This document shows, in pieces, positions 27,049 through 37,844 of a stretch of 64,000 bases of DNA. Numbering within the stretch: position 1 is the first letter of the stretch; each line of letters starts with the position of its first letter. Source of the stretch: Candidatus Kaiserbacteria bacterium (lineage in GTDB: Bacteria > Patescibacteriota > Minisyncoccia > Phycocordibacterales > Phycocordibacteraceae); contig OY969413.1 in assembly GCA_963699165.1 (NCBI GenBank), forward strand, positions 660,562 through 724,561, in the 5' to 3' direction. The notes under the pieces were generated by a model that saw only the letters and a program-made list of their open reading frames with translations, searched no databases and was not told the origin of the DNA. Made by a program: the position numbers and the translations under genes.

Positions 27049-27892
27049 GGGTATTCAGACTCTGTTGGCACAGCTCCCGTATCATGGAAGCTATGTACAC
27101 GCTCAAACAAATTCCGTCTGAAGTGCAGATTAGAAAGTTTTTGCGGCGAACGTTGTTCGGAAAGAATGTGTTTTGCCCGCTCTGCCGCTCGCGCAGGATT
27201 GTGCGGTACGAAGACCGGTACCGGTGTGTTGCCTGCCGCCGAAGGTTCTCGCTCCTCTCGCATACCTGGCTCTCAAACCTCAAGCTTCCGCTCCAGACGT
27301 GGTGGATGCTCCTCTGGTGCTGGACGATACGAGAACCCGTCTTGCAGGCCATGGAGCTCACGCATTTGCCTGAACGAACGATACGCCGCTGGTATGCCAC
27401 CTTTCGTGAGCATTTGCCCCAAGAAGAGCATATTCTCGAGCGTATCGTGCAGATGGACGAGGCATATTTCAAGAACGCAGCTCTCGTGATGGCCAAGCAG
27501 AAAGGAACGAGAAAGCTTGCCTATACCGTCATGCACAATCGCTTCCCGAACAAGACGGACGTGATGGACTTTCTCTTTGCCAAAGTGAAGCCGGGGAGCG
27601 AGTTGTGGACCGATGGCGGTTCGATATACCGGGGTGTCGGCAAGCGATGGCCGGTCTCCCACAGCAGAGACATTCATTCAAAATTCGAGTTCGAACATAC
27701 CTCCGAAATCGAAGGCGTGTTCGGCGTATACCGCACCTTTGTGCGGAGGATGTATCATCATCACTGGAGCGAGAACCTCGAGCAATACGTGAGGGAATTC
27801 TGCTTCAGATTTTCCTCACCGGAATTGTTCGGAAATCCGCGCACTTACTTATTAAAATCATTAACGCTTGTGCCAACTCGTTCTTAATACCC
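27049..27892 (+). mobile_element. IS1595-family insertion sequence, copy 2 (844 bp)
   Basis: Same TIRs as copy 1; 8-bp TSD ACCAATCG at 27041-27048 and 27893-27900. Confidence 0.92.
27084..27887 (+). CDS. IS1595-family transposase, copy 2
   Basis: Translation identical to 2539..3342. Confidence 0.9.
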   Translation: MEAMYTLKQIPSEVQIRKFLRRTLFGKNVFCPLCRSRRIVRYEDRYRCVACRRRFSLLSHTWLSNLKLPLQTWWMLLWCWTIREPVLQAMELTHLPERTIRRWYATFREHLPQEEHILERIVQMDEAYFKNAALVMAKQKGTRKLAYTVMHNRFPNKTDVMDFLFAKVKPGSELWTDGGSIYRGVGKRWPVSHSRDIHSKFEFEHTSEIEGVFGVYRTFVRRMYHHHWSENLEQYVREFCFRFSSPELFGNPRTYLLKSLTLVPTRS

Positions 27893-28101
27893 ACCAATCG
27901 CGTATTGCGCGGCTCGCGAAACGGTGGGGAGTTACTCCCACCGAAGCGGTGATGAGAGCCGTCGAGGACAAGACCTTCAAAGAGGGCCTCGTCCGGTAAG
28001 AGAGCTTAATCCCTGGAAAATGCGCCGGCGGCCAACCGCCGGTGTATTTATTTTTTGTAATGCACTCCGACCCTGCAGGCAACTTACGTTCGAAACGCCG
28101 C

Positions 28102-30312
28102 TTACAAACCTTCCGTCTGCGAAGGTTGCGGAGAATACGTTGCCGGTGCGGGCGCAGGAGTGGGAGTATCCGCTTGAAGGCCGACAAATGAGTGGATGCG
28201 CGACTTAAAGCGGAAGTAGAGATACCCAACGACAAGCAAGATGAGTCCGAGCGTGATGAAGGAGAAGAACCGATACAAATCGCTCAACTGAAGCGAGTCG
28301 TAGAGGAAGACCTTGAGAGTTGTGAGCGCAAAGAGCAAAATCGCGAGTTGGCGGGAGAAAGTTGAGCGCCGTGCAATACCGAGAAGAAGTCCAAGGATGC
28401 CGTAGAGGAGCCAGAAGACCGAGATGCTAAAGCGCTCCATAAAGTCGTTGCCGCCGAGCGCCGACAAACGATAGTAGGTTTGAATTTCAAATGTGAAAAC
28501 TAAAATGATGACCGCATTTGCGCATACCAAGAGGACCTGACGGACCGCGACGAACTCATCGGCAAAATCGCTTTCGGTTTTGAGCGTCGCATACATCACG
28601 GCGGCAAGTGCCGCCGTGGCTAGAGCACTGCCGATGTATAGATTGAAGAAAATGATGTGGTCGCCGCTGAAAGCAGCCGCGATGATGCTGAGCAGACTTG
28701 CAATACCGAGCGCTCCGTACCCGACGTAGCGGAGAGCTGCCTCGCGCGCACTTACCCCGAGCGCGTACATGCCAATCGTCACGAGCGCGAGCGCAACGAC
28801 ATCAGCCGCCAAAAATTCCTGAGTGGCGAGCGTAAGGCGATGGACTTCAAACAGAACCGCCGCAAGCGTCATGAGGTAGAAAAGTACGGCATCAATGACG
28901 CGAAACGTACGCACCGTTTCCTTGTCATAGGTCGGAGAACGCCAGAGGTGCGCTCCCCATGCGGCGCCAAGACTAATCGCGGAAAGAGCGAGGGTGAGCG
29001 TGCGTCCATTGAATACGAGCGGACCGTCCGGACTCGTAGTCGCCGCATAGATGAGCGCACCAAAGAGACCGACAATGAGAAGGAATTGGCCCAAATAGTA
29101 TTGAAAGCGATTATCAAATGTGAGCGCGCTTATGACGACGAGTGCGCCTTCTATTGCGAGCAATATGACACGAGTATCGCCTTCGAAATAATAGGCAAAG
29201 CCAATGGCGAGGAAAGCCGGCGCAATGAGCATCGCCATCTCGGCAAACTTTTTGAGGGCAATGTTTCCATCCGTAAACGCATGTACGACGATTCCCATAA
29301 GTCCATACGCGGCTGCAACGCCGAAGGCGAGAAGTCCCGAGTTCTCATTGCTGTTCAGGAGCGGCGAGAGGTAGACGAAAAACGCGAACGGAGTCGCATA
29401 GAGATTGAAACTCTGCCACGTCGTGTATTCGTTTTGCGAAGCGCTGAAGTTGAAAAGGGTCGAGAGCGTGAAGATGCCATAGAGTATTGAGACGAGCGGA
29501 ATCACGATGGAGAGCGAGACGGTATTCACCGCGGTCCACGAATAGAGTGCGAGCGTGGTGAAGACCAGTCCGGCCGTTACGATTTCAGGCCATTTACGGA
29601 AGTAACTTGCGAAGACAACCAAGAAAGCGAGCAATAACAAGGTCGCAAATCCGCCCGTTACGGAAAGCGCACCGATATAGAGGAAAATGCTCACGTATCC
29701 GCCCGCAAGAGCAACTGCCGCCAATTGCTTCGCATCGTACAAGAGAGCAAGCGCAACTCCGATGAACGCCACAAGCACCACGACCACAAAACTCGGGAAC
29801 GCCGGCAGAAGTGAATAGAGCGCATATGCCGCGTAGAACGATATATAAATAACACCAAGACCAAGACCGACGAGCGTAAGGCCGTAGCTGCGATATTTTT
29901 CTTTAAGCCAATGACCGATGCCAATCAGCACCAGCCCAAAGGCAACGCCGAGCATTATGCGCACGGGCTCCGATATAAGGTTGTTTGCAAATGCGTACCG
30001 GAAGAAGAATCCTATGCCAAGCAATACCGCGATTGCACCCGCACCAAGAAACCACTCGGAACCGATGGTGAATTCCGTGCTTTTACTCTCGCGTGCCGGC
30101 GCTTCCGCAAACTGTGTCGGCGGTTCTTCCGAAACGGCCGGTGTTGGCGCAGGAATTGGATGCGGCCCCGCCGCAGGCGGCAAAGGTACGACTGCAGACG
30201 GATGAACGCCCGGCGGTCGCCGCAATTTTTCTACCGTCTTTTCAAGCTGACCGACGCGCCCATAAAGAGGAATCACTATAAAAGCGAAAACGACGATGAG
30301 AAAAATTTCCAT
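28102..30312 (-). CDS. DUF2339-like multi-pass membrane protein
   Basis: EFTIGSEWF.GAGAIAVLLGIGFFFRYAF; many TM helices; C-terminal KVFLYD...RFFSFITLGLILL. Confidence 0.8.
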   Translation of the reverse strand: MEIFLIVVFAFIVIPLYGRVGQLEKTVEKLRRPPGVHPSAVVPLPPAAGPHPIPAPTPAVSEEPPTQFAEAPARESKSTEFTIGSEWFLGAGAIAVLLGIGFFFRYAFANNLISEPVRIMLGVAFGLVLIGIGHWLKEKYRSYGLTLVGLGLGVIYISFYAAYALYSLLPAFPSFVVVVLVAFIGVALALLYDAKQLAAVALAGGYVSIFLYIGALSVTGGFATLLLLAFLVVFASYFRKWPEIVTAGLVFTTLALYSWTAVNTVSLSIVIPLVSILYGIFTLSTLFNFSASQNEYTTWQSFNLYATPFAFFVYLSPLLNSNENSGLLAFGVAAAYGLMGIVVHAFTDGNIALKKFAEMAMLIAPAFLAIGFAYYFEGDTRVILLAIEGALVVISALTFDNRFQYYLGQFLLIVGLFGALIYAATTSPDGPLVFNGRTLTLALSAISLGAAWGAHLWRSPTYDKETVRTFRVIDAVLFYLMTLAAVLFEVHRLTLATQEFLAADVVALALVTIGMYALGVSAREAALRYVGYGALGIASLLSIIAAAFSGDHIIFFNLYIGSALATAALAAVMYATLKTESDFADEFVAVRQVLLVCANAVIILVFTFEIQTYYRLSALGGNDFMERFSISVFWLLYGILGLLLGIARRSTFSRQLAILLFALTTLKVFLYDSLQLSDLYRFFSFITLGLILLVVGYLYFRFKSRIHSFVGLQADTPTPAPAPATYSPQPSQTEGL

Positions 30313-30435
30313 GGCGAGATGAAGACTCGACTTGACTGTAGCACGTCCGTACGCCGTCATTTTCATTATCCCCAAAGCAAAAGCCCCCTTGATGTAATCG
30401 CCGGGGCCCCGCGACGGACGGGTCTACCGTTCGTC

Positions 30436-30618
30436 TTACGATGAGTTCGGCCGATGGCGTCCCTGCCTCGTTAAAACGACGAAGTTGCCGGACGCAATTT
30501 CACCTTCTCCCCGCCTAATTGCCTCCTGAACGCGAGGGTCTGCAAGCAATGCCGCGTCACGTTTTTTCCGTTCCTCCATGAGATTCTTTTCGGTTTGTTT
30601 GCTTTTATCCATCTGCAT
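30436..30618 (-). CDS. Small protein resembling an antitoxin C-terminal helix
   Basis: LLADPRVQEAIRRGEGEIASG; GGGAG RBS and TATAAT upstream. Confidence 0.45.
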   Translation of the reverse strand: MQMDKSKQTEKNLMEERKKRDAALLADPRVQEAIRRGEGEIASGNFVVLTRQGRHRPNSS

Positions 30619-30662
30619 GTTTCTCCCTGAATGGTGCTGCCTAGAGGACAATTATACCTCAT

Positions 30663-30697
30663 GAAAACAAAGCCGCCCGTAAGGGCGGCTTTGTTTT
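30663..30697. terminator. Terminator-like hairpin
   Basis: AAAACAAAGCCGCCC-GTAA-GGGCGGCTTTGTTTT. Confidence 0.55.
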
Positions 30698-31002
30698 GTT
30701 CTTGGCTGTCTTTAGAATTTCAGGGGTTTCAAAAATACTGCAGATACGAGGCGCGCGACGTAAATTTCTGGAGTTGTACTTTTGGTACGACGGAAGAAAT
30801 TTCCGGAACTGCAACGAAGCAGGTGCGGTATTTTTGGAAACCCTAGTGCGAGTGCGAAAAGAATGTTTCGAGGGAGTCGGGCGTGTTCATCTCTCCCGAA
30901 AAACATTCTTTCCGCACATCGACGCAATCTTTACCCCAGTACCACAAACGCCGCCCTCGGAAGGGCGGCGTTTGGCTACGGGACAGGCGTCTTGGCAATC
31001 GC

Positions 31003-31392
31003 CTACACCATTTTCACATCGATAGTGACTCCGGACGGGAGATTGAGGTTCGTGAGGGCCTCAATTACCTTTGGGGCCGGGTTCATGATGTCGATAAGGC
31101 GCTTATGGATGCGCATTTCAAACTGCTCGCGCGCGTCTTTGTGGACGAAGGTCGAGCGGTTGACCGTCCAGCGCTTGATTTCGGTCGGAAGCGGCACGGG
31201 GCCGACGACGACTGCATCAAGGCGGGCTGCGGTATCCATAATCTGCTTCACCGAAAGGTCGAGAATCTTGTGCTCATAGGCGCGAACGCGAATCCGCAGC
31301 TTGTGCTCGGCAACAACCGGAGCTGCTGCTTTCTTCGCGACACGTTTCGGTGCGCTTTTTGCGTCAGATTTTGCTTTTGCAACGGTTGCCAT
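31003..31392 (-). CDS. rpsJ: 30S ribosomal protein S10
   Basis: LRIRVRAYEH, GPVPLPT, REQFEMRIHKRLIDI. Confidence 0.96.
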   Translation of the reverse strand: MATVAKAKSDAKSAPKRVAKKAAAPVVAEHKLRIRVRAYEHKILDLSVKQIMDTAARLDAVVVGPVPLPTEIKRWTVNRSTFVHKDAREQFEMRIHKRLIDIMNPAPKVIEALTNLNLPSGVTIDVKMV

Positions 31393-31419
31393 ATGAGTAG
31401 TGATTCGGTTGCTACTGGC

Positions 31420-32619
<1,200 letters not shown>

Positions 32620-32848
32620 AATCGGATAATTTAGTTAGTAATTCACGAAATAAATCCGACGTGAGTCGGAACAAACTCCAAACCCTTCACACTAAGATGG
32701 CGTTGTCCTGCGACAAAACTCTCGATTTTGAGAAATATGTTAGCGCCTACACTTTACGCCAGCTTGAAAGGTGGCGCACTGCAGGACGCTAAGTCGCGAC
32801 GCCATCTTGTGTGCGGGGCAAAGAGCGACGCCAAGATGCGTTATAGGC

Positions 32849-32877
32849 ACTATACGAGAAGCTGTGAGGAAATGCAA
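32849..32877 (-). promoter_or_regulatory. tuf promoter
   Basis: TTGCAT, 17-bp spacer, TATAGT. Confidence 0.6.
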
Positions 32878-32951
32878 GAACAGGAATCTGAATTTACCGA
32901 TACAAGGCCTAAAACAAAAATGCGGGATTGCTCGTGTGCTTTTGGACAAGC

Positions 32952-33581
32952 TTATTTATTCAAAAATTTGAAACTTTGCCAGACACGCTTCGTTTCGTCA
33001 GGCGAAAGGTTGGTGATTATTCCGCTCCACAGTTGTTTATTGTAGTAGAAAAGCACGTCAGTATTCGGATATTCTCCGATTTGAAATTCTGGGGCTTCCT
33101 TGGAAATTCCAAATTTCACGTTATCGACTATTTGATACTTGAGATTTGGATAAGCAAATCCGGGAGATGGCTGGCTATGAACGAAGGACACGAAATCTTC
33201 TACGGAAGAAAACTGCTTTGGGTAAATGGTAAAAAGTATATTTTTGTAGTTTCCAGCGGCAGTTGGCGCAGAAATATTATTGTTAGCGATAACGATAGTG
33301 GAGGTGCCGGCCGGACCGTTCATTATTAAGTGAATTTCATTTGACGGATATTCGAATGAGAAACCATATGCCGTATCGGTATATTGCGACCAACCTCCTC
33401 CAATATCAGTCACGGTCGCATTCGCGTTTTGTACGTTCTGAGTATTTGGTATTGCCTTAATGCCAGAAACTTGAGATGCACCCTCGGTAGGACTTTTCGA
33501 GATAATTTTGGAATACAAAACCGAGCATACTACTGCGATAAGTAACAGGGCAACGATTGTGGGGGCAGTATAGTTTCTCAT
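32952..33581 (-). CDS. Membrane-anchored secreted protein, PsbP-like module
   Basis: Signal anchor; GGGWSQYTDTAYGFSFEYPS. Confidence 0.7.
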   Translation of the reverse strand: MRNYTAPTIVALLLIAVVCSVLYSKIISKSPTEGASQVSGIKAIPNTQNVQNANATVTDIGGGWSQYTDTAYGFSFEYPSNEIHLIMNGPAGTSTIVIANNNISAPTAAGNYKNILFTIYPKQFSSVEDFVSFVHSQPSPGFAYPNLKYQIVDNVKFGISKEAPEFQIGEYPNTDVLFYYNKQLWSGIITNLSPDETKRVWQSFKFLNK

Positions 33582-33710
33582 GAATTTAACTAGAAACTGG
33601 GCAGCACTTTCATGCTGCCCAGAGTAACACGGACTAAATCCTCTTGTCGCATTGTGAATTTGGCAATTTAGTAAAAGGGCGGTGCCTGTTTTTTTAAAAC
33701 TCTCGTTGCA

Positions 33711-34379
33711 CTAAAACGAAAATGTAAGTTCTCGCACTTTCTTTGGTACGCCCTGTACCCACACGTATGTGTTGATGGTGAAAGAAGTATCGGTATGCGT
33801 TGCTTGTAGATCTTGCTCGCCTCCCATGCAACCGCCGCAATGATCGTATGTCTCATTGCCAGACAGCTTCGCTCCAGGTAGTTGGGTTTCTGACGACTGA
33901 TCCGGCTTATATGTATAGATGTTTTGGCCTTCTACATATACCGCAACTTTGTCAGTTTTAAATAAGGGTTCCCCGGAAATATATGAATCAGATGTTTGAG
34001 ACATGGAATCAAGAATCTGAATCGGGGCAGGGTTGTCAGTCGGCCGCACGACACTAAAAGCCACATATCGCTTACCTACCGCCGACAACGCAATCCCGTT
34101 CTGCAAATAATATTCTTGATTGTTGGGCTCTTGGGCAAGAAGAATGGCTATAATATCTTTTTCAATTCTGTGGAGAACGTCAGCAGAGAGTGTGGTGTGT
34201 TCGTCAATAAATTGTGGTGTGATTCCCTGCAAGTCAGATTGAAGTTGTGCAGATGCGGCTTGAGCAACAGGCGGGACAGAAATAGTTGTCGTAGAAGAAT
34301 GCAACTTCCATATCGCAAAAACGCAGACAAGCATGGCCGCAGCGATAATAATAACGGCAAGAAGAAAATATTTTTTCAT
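33711..34379 (-). CDS. Membrane-anchored secreted protein
   Basis: Signal anchor; similar to the C-terminal half of 34857..36122 (GKRY, LSGNETY). Confidence 0.7.
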   Translation of the reverse strand: MKKYFLLAVIIIAAAMLVCVFAIWKLHSSTTTISVPPVAQAASAQLQSDLQGITPQFIDEHTTLSADVLHRIEKDIIAILLAQEPNNQEYYLQNGIALSAVGKRYVAFSVVRPTDNPAPIQILDSMSQTSDSYISGEPLFKTDKVAVYVEGQNIYTYKPDQSSETQLPGAKLSGNETYDHCGGCMGGEQDLQATHTDTSFTINTYVWVQGVPKKVRELTFSF

Positions 34380-34390
34380 AAAGTTGTTTC

Positions 34391-34852
34391 CTATTTTGTC
34401 GGGGCAGTGATAACGTCCTGCGGGTTTGGGCGAACAATAAAATGCACTATGTAATCAGGCATATCTTTTATTGCACTTTTTACCGTCAAATCCACTTCTC
34501 CGTTACCGTCAAATTCATTATAGTAAGACCAACATGCCGGAGTTGCTTCAGAAGCAAATCCCGGAAGTCCGCCATTGGAAATATATCCTGCGGTTGCGTT
34601 ACCGCTCACTGTTTTGAATTGCAGATTATGATCTTTATCGGGATACACGTCTTTGGGCAGATTGATGAATAATCTCGTCGTATCAATTACATTCTGCGTT
34701 GACCCGTTCGGGATGCCGCCGCACAGAAGCACTTTCGCATCGTCGGATGGGATAGAAGTGGGAGTATGCAATTTCAATATTGCAAAAATACAAGCCAGCA
34801 CGGCGAGCACAACGACGGCGACGAGTATTATCTTTGTATTAGTGACTTTCAT
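34391..34852 (-). CDS. Membrane-anchored secreted protein
   Basis: MKVTNTKIILVAVVVLAVLACIFAILKLH. Confidence 0.65.
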   Translation of the reverse strand: MKVTNTKIILVAVVVLAVLACIFAILKLHTPTSIPSDDAKVLLCGGIPNGSTQNVIDTTRLFINLPKDVYPDKDHNLQFKTVSGNATAGYISNGGLPGFASEATPACWSYYNEFDGNGEVDLTVKSAIKDMPDYIVHFIVRPNPQDVITAPTK

Positions 34853-34856
34853 ATCT

Positions 34857-36122
34857 TTACTGGAACGAAAGCGTCTTTTGCCCAACCTTTGCATACATAT
34901 TGCCTCCGTCCGGATTAGGTACCAACGTGCTTGAGTCATAGGTAACTATGGTAATGCTGCTGTTCGTATGTGTCTCCCGCAGCGTGATTGGGCCCATGCC
35001 ATCGAGTACGCCAAGGTACGTTTCATTTCCCGAAAGCTGCGAACCTGCAACAAGGGTGGTTGTTGATTGATCGAGTGAGTAGGTATACAGAGCCTGGGTC
35101 GTGACATACAGCGCAATGTTTCTCTTGGGTGCGAGATACAAAGCGATGTTGCCCGGTATCGGTGTAATTTCTCCGTTTTGAGAATCGAGAATTGCGTCAC
35201 TCGATTTGTCTGCGCCCGATTGGGTGAAAAGAATGTACCGCTTACCGATAGCATCGAGCCATATGTCGAATTGGAGCATCTTCTCCGGACTAAGAGGAGG
35301 ATTGTTCGGAAACGCCGCAGAATATTGGGAGCTCATCACTATGGCGACATCCGTAGCTATTTTTTTCTCTTCGGCAGTCAAATTCTGCTCCTGCTGCCAC
35401 GTTGGGACAATGAAATGAGGTGTGACGGGGAGCAAATCCGTCCGCAATTGAGAAAGCGCAACATCATCGGGTGAAGGTTCCGTGGAAGTGCTGAACGCAA
35501 ACGTGCCAATCATTTCTTCGGCACTTTTGTCATAGAGAGGATACCGGATGAGAAGTTTAGTGCCATCGTTATTTTCGACGGTTATAAGATTTTGCGTAAC
35601 GCCGTCCGGAATGATACTGCCATTCCCTTCGGCAGTGTTCGTAAATCCTTTGGTGAGCGAAAAGGAATACGCTCGGTGTCCCGCAAAAGTTATCGGTACG
35701 AGAGCGCCTATCTGCCGGTCTTTTAGGTTCGGGTTCGAATCGTCAACTTGATACTGCCGAAGCGTCGAAGCGAACTGCTGAAGCGGTTCTGCTAGTAGGT
35801 CATCGTATTCTTTACCGGAATGCAGTCCCGTCGCGAATGCTTGTATGTCGATTTCGGTCGTGGTTCCCGGCAAGTAAATCATTGCGTAAGAGGTTTTGTT
35901 TTGAGATTCGTTCTCTTCTTCTATAAAACGATCGACTAGAGAACCTGGCGCATATTTTATCGAATATTTATAGGCGGTGTTGCTGTATATCGACCACGAA
36001 GCAGTATCGACGGTTGCCGTGACTGCGTGAAATTCCCACACCGCAATACACACAAGACCCGCGATAATCGCGAGCGATGCAATTAGAATGATGGGTTTTT
36101 TGTTTTTTGTGGAAAGGGCCAT
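34857..36122 (-). CDS. Two-module membrane-anchored secreted protein
   Basis: Signal anchor; WSIYSNTAYKYSIKY module plus an LSGNETY module. Confidence 0.7.
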   Translation of the reverse strand: MALSTKNKKPIILIASLAIIAGLVCIAVWEFHAVTATVDTASWSIYSNTAYKYSIKYAPGSLVDRFIEEENESQNKTSYAMIYLPGTTTEIDIQAFATGLHSGKEYDDLLAEPLQQFASTLRQYQVDDSNPNLKDRQIGALVPITFAGHRAYSFSLTKGFTNTAEGNGSIIPDGVTQNLITVENNDGTKLLIRYPLYDKSAEEMIGTFAFSTSTEPSPDDVALSQLRTDLLPVTPHFIVPTWQQEQNLTAEEKKIATDVAIVMSSQYSAAFPNNPPLSPEKMLQFDIWLDAIGKRYILFTQSGADKSSDAILDSQNGEITPIPGNIALYLAPKRNIALYVTTQALYTYSLDQSTTTLVAGSQLSGNETYLGVLDGMGPITLRETHTNSSITIVTYDSSTLVPNPDGGNMYAKVGQKTLSFQ

Positions 36123-36201
36123 ATATTGAAGCCGAGAGGTATGAGATAAGTATACAGAATAGGGAGGTCTCCGATGATAGGAATGTCAAAAAATCCGGCA
36201 C

Positions 36202-36879
36202 CTATTCTCTGTTGAGAAAAGCTATACTCTTTACCATGCGCTGTGTATCGGCTTGAGAAAAACCGCCGATACTCATGAACACCTCTTTATTCTTATGCAT
36301 ATAAATTAAGTTCGTTTCCGGAGGTTGGTCCCATTTATCCGTTTTCGTGATGTAATCGTCCGGCGCAAGAGAACTAAAAATTAATACCCTGACGCCATTC
36401 ATCGTTTCAAACCTAAGGTTCGGAAACTCATCGCTAAGGAGCAGTCCGCGCTTGAGAATTTGGGCCTGCTGTTCAGCAAGCCAGTTATCAATCGTCCCTA
36501 ACCCATCCGTCGATGTTGCAGAAATTTCAATTTCTTTAAAATCTGTTCCCGGTGAAGCGGAATTTACAAAATTGTCCATTTGCATAAAACTCGCATTAAA
36601 GTCGGCGGGATTACTCCCCCAATTCTGACGAATTTCATCTGACGGATACTCGAACGACATGTCCAACGCCGTATTTGTATATCGCGACCATCCTCCGCCC
36701 AAGTCCTGCAAGCTTCCAAATGTCTTCAGGTCTTGCACCGGCGTCGGAATTTTTTGCGCATCCAAAGTATTCAAAGCATTTTGCCGGTACAAAAGAGCGG
36801 CCTCGGTGCCAAGAAGCAATACAAGGAACATCAGCACATAGAAAATATTGCTTCCCACTGGTTTATTAAAAAATCGCAT
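36202..36879 (-). CDS. Membrane-anchored secreted protein, PsbP-like module
   Basis: GGGWSRYTNTALDMSFEYPS; TAGCAT 6 nt upstream of the ATG. Confidence 0.7.
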   Translation of the reverse strand: MRFFNKPVGSNIFYVLMFLVLLLGTEAALLYRQNALNTLDAQKIPTPVQDLKTFGSLQDLGGGWSRYTNTALDMSFEYPSDEIRQNWGSNPADFNASFMQMDNFVNSASPGTDFKEIEISATSTDGLGTIDNWLAEQQAQILKRGLLLSDEFPNLRFETMNGVRVLIFSSLAPDDYITKTDKWDQPPETNLIYMHKNKEVFMSIGGFSQADTQRMVKSIAFLNRE

Positions 36880-36967
36880 GACGACATGCTAGCACGATAG
36901 ACGAATCATAAGCGCCGAAAAATTTCTATGCTTATATCCAAGCTTGACCCTCGTAAAGTACCTTAAC

Positions 36968-37210
36968 TTATTTTGGCCAAGCAAGATAAATTTGAACTCC
37001 AGAAGCAGTAATTGATAAAATTATCGCGATGATTGCAATTGTCAGTGAGTAGACCGCGAATCTTTTTGATGACCTTGAATCTTCTAACGAAATCCTCCTC
37101 AGGAGTTCGTATGACGCTAGAACGCCGTGCGAAGGATCGCTTATGTTGATGTACTCCAGCAATTCCGTTTCTGTAAGATTTTGAATTGGTTTGCCAAAAT
37201 TGTTTATCAT
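36968..37210 (-). CDS. Small protein with a C-terminal TM helix
   Basis: 80 aa; TATAAT upstream. Confidence 0.5.
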   Translation of the reverse strand: MINNFGKPIQNLTETELLEYINISDPSHGVLASYELLRRISLEDSRSSKRFAVYSLTIAIIAIILSITASGVQIYLAWPK

Positions 37211-37330
37211 TTTAATTCTTCGTGGTCAGTATTATAATCCAAATACAAGAGAATAGGGGTTTGGGGAGCTTTATTGTTTAACCATTTCCAGAGGTTTCAA
37301 TGCGGACAAAGCCGCGGTAAAATTGTATAT

Positions 37331-37456
37331 ATGAAAATCGTAAAAATTGTGGTCGGGAAAGATGATGATATTTTCGGGCTTGGCGACGATAATCTCATGT
37401 ACATTTGGAATCAGTATTCAGCGTCTTGGGATTTGATCTCAGTCAAAAAGCCATGA
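37331..37456 (+). CDS. Small hypothetical protein (41 aa)
   Basis: TAAAAT 7 nt upstream; ATGA overlap with the next ORF. Confidence 0.4.
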   Translation: MKIVKIVVGKDDDIFGLGDDNLMYIWNQYSASWDLISVKKP

Positions 37457-37653
37457 AAGGAGTAGGCGGGGCAATCCTTTTTGGATTTGGGCTACTTGGG
37501 CTAATCGGAACTCAACAGAAAGAATTGGGGCTGTTGTGGCTCTGTATATTCATGGCCATTTTTGCAGTTGGACTTTATTTTTGGGTGGACGATATGTTAG
37601 ACACGAAATTAGAAAAATTAAAGAAAGAGATTCTCTCGGAAATCGGACATTAA
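37453..37653 (+). CDS. Small two-TM protein
   Basis: Two hydrophobic helices and a charged tail. Confidence 0.45.
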   Translation: MKGVGGAILFGFGLLGLIGTQQKELGLLWLCIFMAIFAVGLYFWVDDMLDTKLEKLKKEILSEIGH

Positions 37654-37767
37654 GGTATCATTTGTATTTTCCCCGTTAAGAAGTAATTTCAGCACGCAAT
37701 GACCCCTTTACCACAACACCGCCGGATTACCGGCGGTGTTGTGATGCGCGGCAGGTGTCCGCCGCGT

Positions 37768-37789
37768 TGGTTTACTTTCTGGACGCGAT
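37768..37789. repeat. 22-bp direct repeat of the fusA 3' end (copy of 38559-38580)
   Basis: TGGTTTACTTTCTGGACGCGAT at both positions. Confidence 0.85.
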
Positions 37790-37844
37790 TTTTTGATTAC
37801 GAGGCTCGACCTCATAAAAAACGGAGTGCCACGCGGACTTATCT

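Larger units (their letters stand above)
26674..27999 (+). pseudogene. Sigma70-region-4-like HTH plus ribbon-helix-helix protein, interrupted by IS1595
   Basis: Removing the IS and one TSD restores ...FSADDQS|RIARLAKRWGVTPTEAVMRAVEDKTFKEGLVR* (TAA 27997-27999); TTGACA...TATAGT upstream. Confidence 0.7.

Noticed and set aside
26662-27489. 275-aa ORF as an intact gene
   Set aside because: It is a chimera of the disrupted regulator's N-terminus and an off-frame IS1595 read-through
37671-37680. CCCCGTTAAG as another palindrome-family arm
   Set aside because: No complementary partner arm found nearby
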